Positions 7,418 through 10,599 of a DNA stretch of 10,599 nucleotides are shown one piece after another. Position 1 is the stretch's first letter; every line of letters begins with the position of its first letter. Both the position numbers and the translations under genes were made by a program. The notes below the pieces were generated by a model. That model was given only the letters and a program-made list of their open reading frames with translations, did no database searches and was not told where the DNA came from. The DNA is from an uncultured archaeon (GTDB lineage: Archaea; Asgardarchaeota; Lokiarchaeia; Sigyniarchaeales; SOKP01), in the NCBI GenBank assembly GCA_964447495.1, contig CAYUTF010000101.1, positions 1 to 10,599 of the forward strand, given 5' to 3'.

Positions 7418-8695
7418 ATGGCTTCTTTTGAAGTTGATATTGCGATCATACATGCAAACGAACTAGTTACGCTAGATTCTAAATTTGGAGTTCCAAGAAA
7501 AGGAAGCATGATGACAAATTTAGCTAGCATCCATGATGGAGCAGTTGGCATTAAAGATGATAAAATAATATATGTGGGTTCTACAGCAAATTTTCTCTCT
7601 AAATATTCTTTAAAATCCTGTAAAACTGTTATTAATGCTGATAATAAGTTAGTTGCTCCCGGATTTGTTGATTCCCATACTCACATTATTTTTGAAGGCT
7701 CAAGAGAAAATGAGCTTAATATGAAATTAGCAGGAATGTCATATTTAGAGATTCTTGAATCGGGGGGCGGCATATTGAAATCGGTTAATGAAACTAGAAA
7801 AGCCTCTCTTGAAAAATTAGTCGAAAATGGTAAAAACATTCTGGACCGTATGTTGAGCTATGGAACGACTACCATTGAAACTAAAACTGGTTATGGTCTA
7901 ACCGTAGCGAGCGAAATAAAATCACTTAAGGCGATACAAAGTTTAAATAAAACACATCCAATGGATATTGTGTCCACTTTCATGGGAGCTCATGCGATTC
8001 CACCCGAATACAAAAATAAATCTGAAGAATATGTGAATTTAATTATAACTGAAATGCTCCCCGAAATATCAAAAGCAAATCTTGCTGAATTTTGTGATGT
8101 CTTTTGTGAAAAAGGCATTTATTCAATAGAGCAATCTGAAAGAATATTAAAGGCAGCTAGAAAACATGGATTAAAACTTCAAATACATATAGATGAGATT
8201 GAGGATACAAATGGAGCAGAATTAGCAGCAAAGTTAAAAGTGATTCAAGCAGGACATCTTCTAAAGTCCAATGATGATGGATTGAAAGCTATGGCTGAAT
8301 CAGGAGTTATTGCGACACTCCTACCAGGTACACCATTTTGCTTAATGCTAAAGGATTATGCTCCTGCAAGAAAAATGATTAATTTTGGTATTCCTATAGC
8401 CCTAGCTACTGATTTGAATCCTAATTGCTGGACTGAATCAATGCAGATTATTATCGCATTAGCATGCTATATGATGAAGATGAATCCGTCAGAAGCGTTA
8501 TCTGCTTCAACACTTAATGCTGCTTGTGCAATAGATAGACAAAATAAAATTGGATCAATAGAGGTTGGTAAAGATGCAGATATTAATATATATTGTGTGC
8601 CAAATCACCACTTCTTAGCATATCAATTTGGAGTGAACTTAATTTCAAAAGTAATTAAAAAAGGAAAAATTTTGATAGACTACAATCCATTATAA
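7418..8695 (+). CDS. hutI: Imidazolonepropionase (amidohydrolase superfamily)
   Basis: 425 aa. Motifs: PGFVDSHTH, GSRENE, GGGI, GTTTIETKTGYGL, TFMGAHAIP, CDVFCEKG, HIDE, LLPGT, ATDLNP, GSIEVGKDAD. Starts 1 nt after the hutH stop. Confidence 0.96.
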   Translation: MASFEVDIAIIHANELVTLDSKFGVPRKGSMMTNLASIHDGAVGIKDDKIIYVGSTANFLSKYSLKSCKTVINADNKLVAPGFVDSHTHIIFEGSRENELNMKLAGMSYLEILESGGGILKSVNETRKASLEKLVENGKNILDRMLSYGTTTIETKTGYGLTVASEIKSLKAIQSLNKTHPMDIVSTFMGAHAIPPEYKNKSEEYVNLIITEMLPEISKANLAEFCDVFCEKGIYSIEQSERILKAARKHGLKLQIHIDEIEDTNGAELAAKLKVIQAGHLLKSNDDGLKAMAESGVIATLLPGTPFCLMLKDYAPARKMINFGIPIALATDLNPNCWTESMQIIIALACYMMKMNPSEALSASTLNAACAIDRQNKIGSIEVGKDADINIYCVPNHHFLAYQFGVNLISKVIKKGKILIDYNPL

Positions 8696-8703
8696 CGATT
8701 GAA

Positions 8704-9621
8704 TTAAAAATCAAAATAACTTTCTAAAAGATGCTTTCTTTCTAGCTTAATAGGTTTTTCAAGTTGTAGATAATATTCTAATGAGTTAAGAACTGCATCT
8801 AAAGGAAGAACACCTATTAATTCAGTGCCTACAATAGGAACTCCATAGCGAGCTGCTTCAAATCGTACTAATTCTATTTGACGATAGAGTGGTGTTTTTT
8901 CAAAATTGATATTACTTATTCCAACTTGAACATATTCTTTTCCTTCTATGATTGTACCCATAGCTTTGATGTTTACTAATCCACCAGAACGTAAATGAAT
9001 TGCTTTTGCGACTTTTTTTGCTATTCTTACATCCTTAGTACCTAAATTGATATTGAAACTAATCAAGGGAAATCGTGCTCCAGTTATTATTGCACCCGCA
9101 GTAGGATGCATCTTAGTTGGTCCAAAATCGGGTTTATGTTCAGGATCAGATATAATTGATTCTTTTAATCCTTCATATTCTCCGACACGAATATTATCGA
9201 TATTCTTTCTTTCCATTTTACGAGCAGATTCCTCATAGAGATATACTGGTATTCCCTCTTTTGCCATAGCTTCAGCATATTTCAAAGAGAGATCAACACA
9301 TTCCTCAATTGAAACATTTTGAGCGGGCACAAAAGGTACAACATCAATAGCACCAATTCGAGGATGTTGACCTTTGTGTTGATTCATATCGATTAATTCA
9401 ATAGCTTTTTTCGAAGCTGCAATATTTGCTTTTAAAACTGCTTCTGGAGTACCTACAAATGTAATTACAGCACGATTATAATCTCCATCATACTGTATAT
9501 CTACAATTCTAGTGTTTGGGGTATTATTAATTTGTGAGACTATAGCTTCCACTTTTTTCCCATCTTTCCCCTCACTAAAATTAGGTACAGATTCTACAAT
9601 TTTCTTCTTGTTTCTTTCCAT
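8704..9621 (-). CDS. ftcD: Glutamate formiminotransferase (FTCD transferase domains only)
   Basis: 305 aa. Motifs: VPNFSEG, YNRAVIT, HKGQHPRIGAIDVVPFVP (catalytic His), PVYLYE, IRVGEYEG, PDFGP..HPTAGA..TGAR, FNINL, ELIG. It is adjacent to hutI and is too short to include the cyclodeaminase domain. Confidence 0.95.
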   Translation of the reverse strand: MERNKKKIVESVPNFSEGKDGKKVEAIVSQINNTPNTRIVDIQYDGDYNRAVITFVGTPEAVLKANIAASKKAIELIDMNQHKGQHPRIGAIDVVPFVPAQNVSIEECVDLSLKYAEAMAKEGIPVYLYEESARKMERKNIDNIRVGEYEGLKESIISDPEHKPDFGPTKMHPTAGAIITGARFPLISFNINLGTKDVRIAKKVAKAIHLRSGGLVNIKAMGTIIEGKEYVQVGISNINFEKTPLYRQIELVRFEAARYGVPIVGTELIGVLPLDAVLNSLEYYLQLEKPIKLERKHLLESYFDF

Positions 9622-9628
9622 ATTTATT

Positions 9629-9633
9629 TCCTC
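9629..9633 (-). promoter_or_regulatory. Shine-Dalgarno-like site for ftcD
   Basis: The - strand reads AAAGAGGA-AATAAAT-ATG, with GAGGA 7 nt before the start codon. Confidence 0.45.
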
Positions 9634-9714
9634 TTTCGATATAAATATTAAAGGCTAAGATACTATTAATATTCTATGTCTATAGAAGAAGAATTTATAA
9701 TGATATTACGATTT

Positions 9715-10599
9715 TTATAAGCTATATTCTTTTTTATAGTATGTCTTATCAGTGAAAATGTAAAGTTTATCTACACCATTTTCCTCAACTTTATCATTTA
9801 CTCTCAATTCAATGTATATTTTATTTTTCTTGGTGCCTCGAGGCGTTTTATCAACAACCCCACCATTATATGTTATTTCTGTAGCCCTCTGATGAATATA
9901 TGTATCTGATTTTCGTCCCATAATTATAATGTCATCATCTTTAGTAATATATCCATTATCTAATATAATATTTGCAAAACCAGTACTCTTATTATATTTC
10001 TCAAGTTGACCCACTTTTATATATCGATAATGAGATAAATTTGCTGGTGATCTATGTTGATGATCTTCTTCCGTCATTCTATTAAAGTAGAATCCTGTGG
10101 TAAAACCTCTATTATATACTTTTTTTAGCTCAGTTACCCACTTACCCGCCTTCTTTTGCGTAAAAGAACCCTCATAATATGCCTCAATTGCTTCGCGATA
10201 GATTTTTGTTACAATCTCTACATAATGAGGATGACGCATCCGTCCCTCAATTTTAAATGCATCTACGTTTGCTTCAATTAATTGAGGGATATACGCAATT
10301 GTGCATAGATCTCTTGAATTCATAAATCTCACACCATCATATAAATACTCTGCTCCACCTTCCTCTCGAACCCACCATCTCCTTCTGCAAGGCTGAACGC
10401 AACTCCCCCTATTAGCAGATTTTTCTTCTGTGCCACAAATATCTTGAGAAAAGTAGCATCGGCCACTAATTGATGTACACATGGCTCCATGTATGAATAT
10501 TTCTACTTCTGTCTTTGTAAGATTGCGTTTTATCTCCTTAATTTTTTCTAATGATAATTCTCTCGCTAAAATTATACGTTCTGCCCCTAATTGTTCATA
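9715..10599 (-). CDS. U32 peptidase family Fe-S protein (TrhP/RlhA/PrtC-like, probable RNA hydroxylation protein), 5' end outside the window
   Basis: The frame is open to the window edge: YEQLGAERIILARELSLEKIKEIKRNLTKTEVEIFIHGAMCTSISGRC. U32 signatures include LARELSL, EIFIHGAMC, NRGSCVQPCR, DLC, KIEGR and NRGFTTGF, plus a C-terminal beta-rich domain. The ATG at 10482 is internal. Confidence 0.93.
   Translation of the reverse strand, partial: YEQLGAERIILARELSLEKIKEIKRNLTKTEVEIFIHGAMCTSISGRCYFSQDICGTEEKSANRGSCVQPCRRRWWVREEGGAEYLYDGVRFMNSRDLCTIAYIPQLIEANVDAFKIEGRMRHPHYVEIVTKIYREAIEAYYEGSFTQKKAGKWVTELKKVYNRGFTTGFYFNRMTEEDHQHRSPANLSHYRYIKVGQLEKYNKSTGFANIILDNGYITKDDDIIIMGRKSDTYIHQRATEITYNGGVVDKTPRGTKKNKIYIELRVNDKVEENGVDKLYIFTDKTYYKKEYSL

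Noticed and set aside
2552-9238. Small overlapping ORFs (2552-2740, 3315-3521, 4464-4706, 5510-5818, 7284-7466, 9047-9238)
   Set aside because: All overlap well-supported conserved genes and show no recognisable motifs.
9672-9687. Palindrome TTCTAT-GTCT-ATAGAA between the U32 gene and ftcD
   Set aside because: A 6-bp AT-rich stem that does not match the hutU palindrome and is indistinguishable from chance.
10480-10482. ATG 10482 as the start of the U32 gene
   Set aside because: The frame stays open to 10599 and encodes conserved U32 motifs (LARELSL, EIFIHGA) upstream of it.
75-10599. All seven genes end in TAA, suggesting possible stop-codon reassignment
   Set aside because: This is expected in a low-GC genome. 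No gene is interrupted by in-frame TGA or TAG, and Trp is encoded by TGG.

Overview
AT-rich (roughly 30% GC by eye) gene-dense window with seven protein-coding genes and no recognisable RNA gene, mobile element or CRISPR array. On the + strand are a stand-alone leucine-rich-repeat protein (22 complete LRRs, almost all 23 aa), a tungsten-type aldehyde:ferredoxin oxidoreductase (AOR family), and a tightly packed histidine-utilisation cluster hutU (long-form urocanate hydratase)-hutH-hutI. On the - strand, converging on hutI, are a stand-alone glutamate formiminotransferase (FTCD N-terminal part, no cyclodeaminase) and a 5'-truncated U32-family Fe-S protein. TATA-like boxes, oligo-T tracts, few Shine-Dalgarno sites, AOR and this LRR type suggest an anaerobic archaeon, most plausibly Asgard (Lokiarchaeia-like); this is an inference. 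The most interesting aspects are the animal-like route His -> FIGLU -> pterin C1 carrier, apparent substitutions in the folate-binding part of the formiminotransferase, the apparently mosaic origin of the hut genes, a poly-A/mini-ORF junction between hutU and hutH, and the effector-less LRR solenoid. I found no clear-cut new system.
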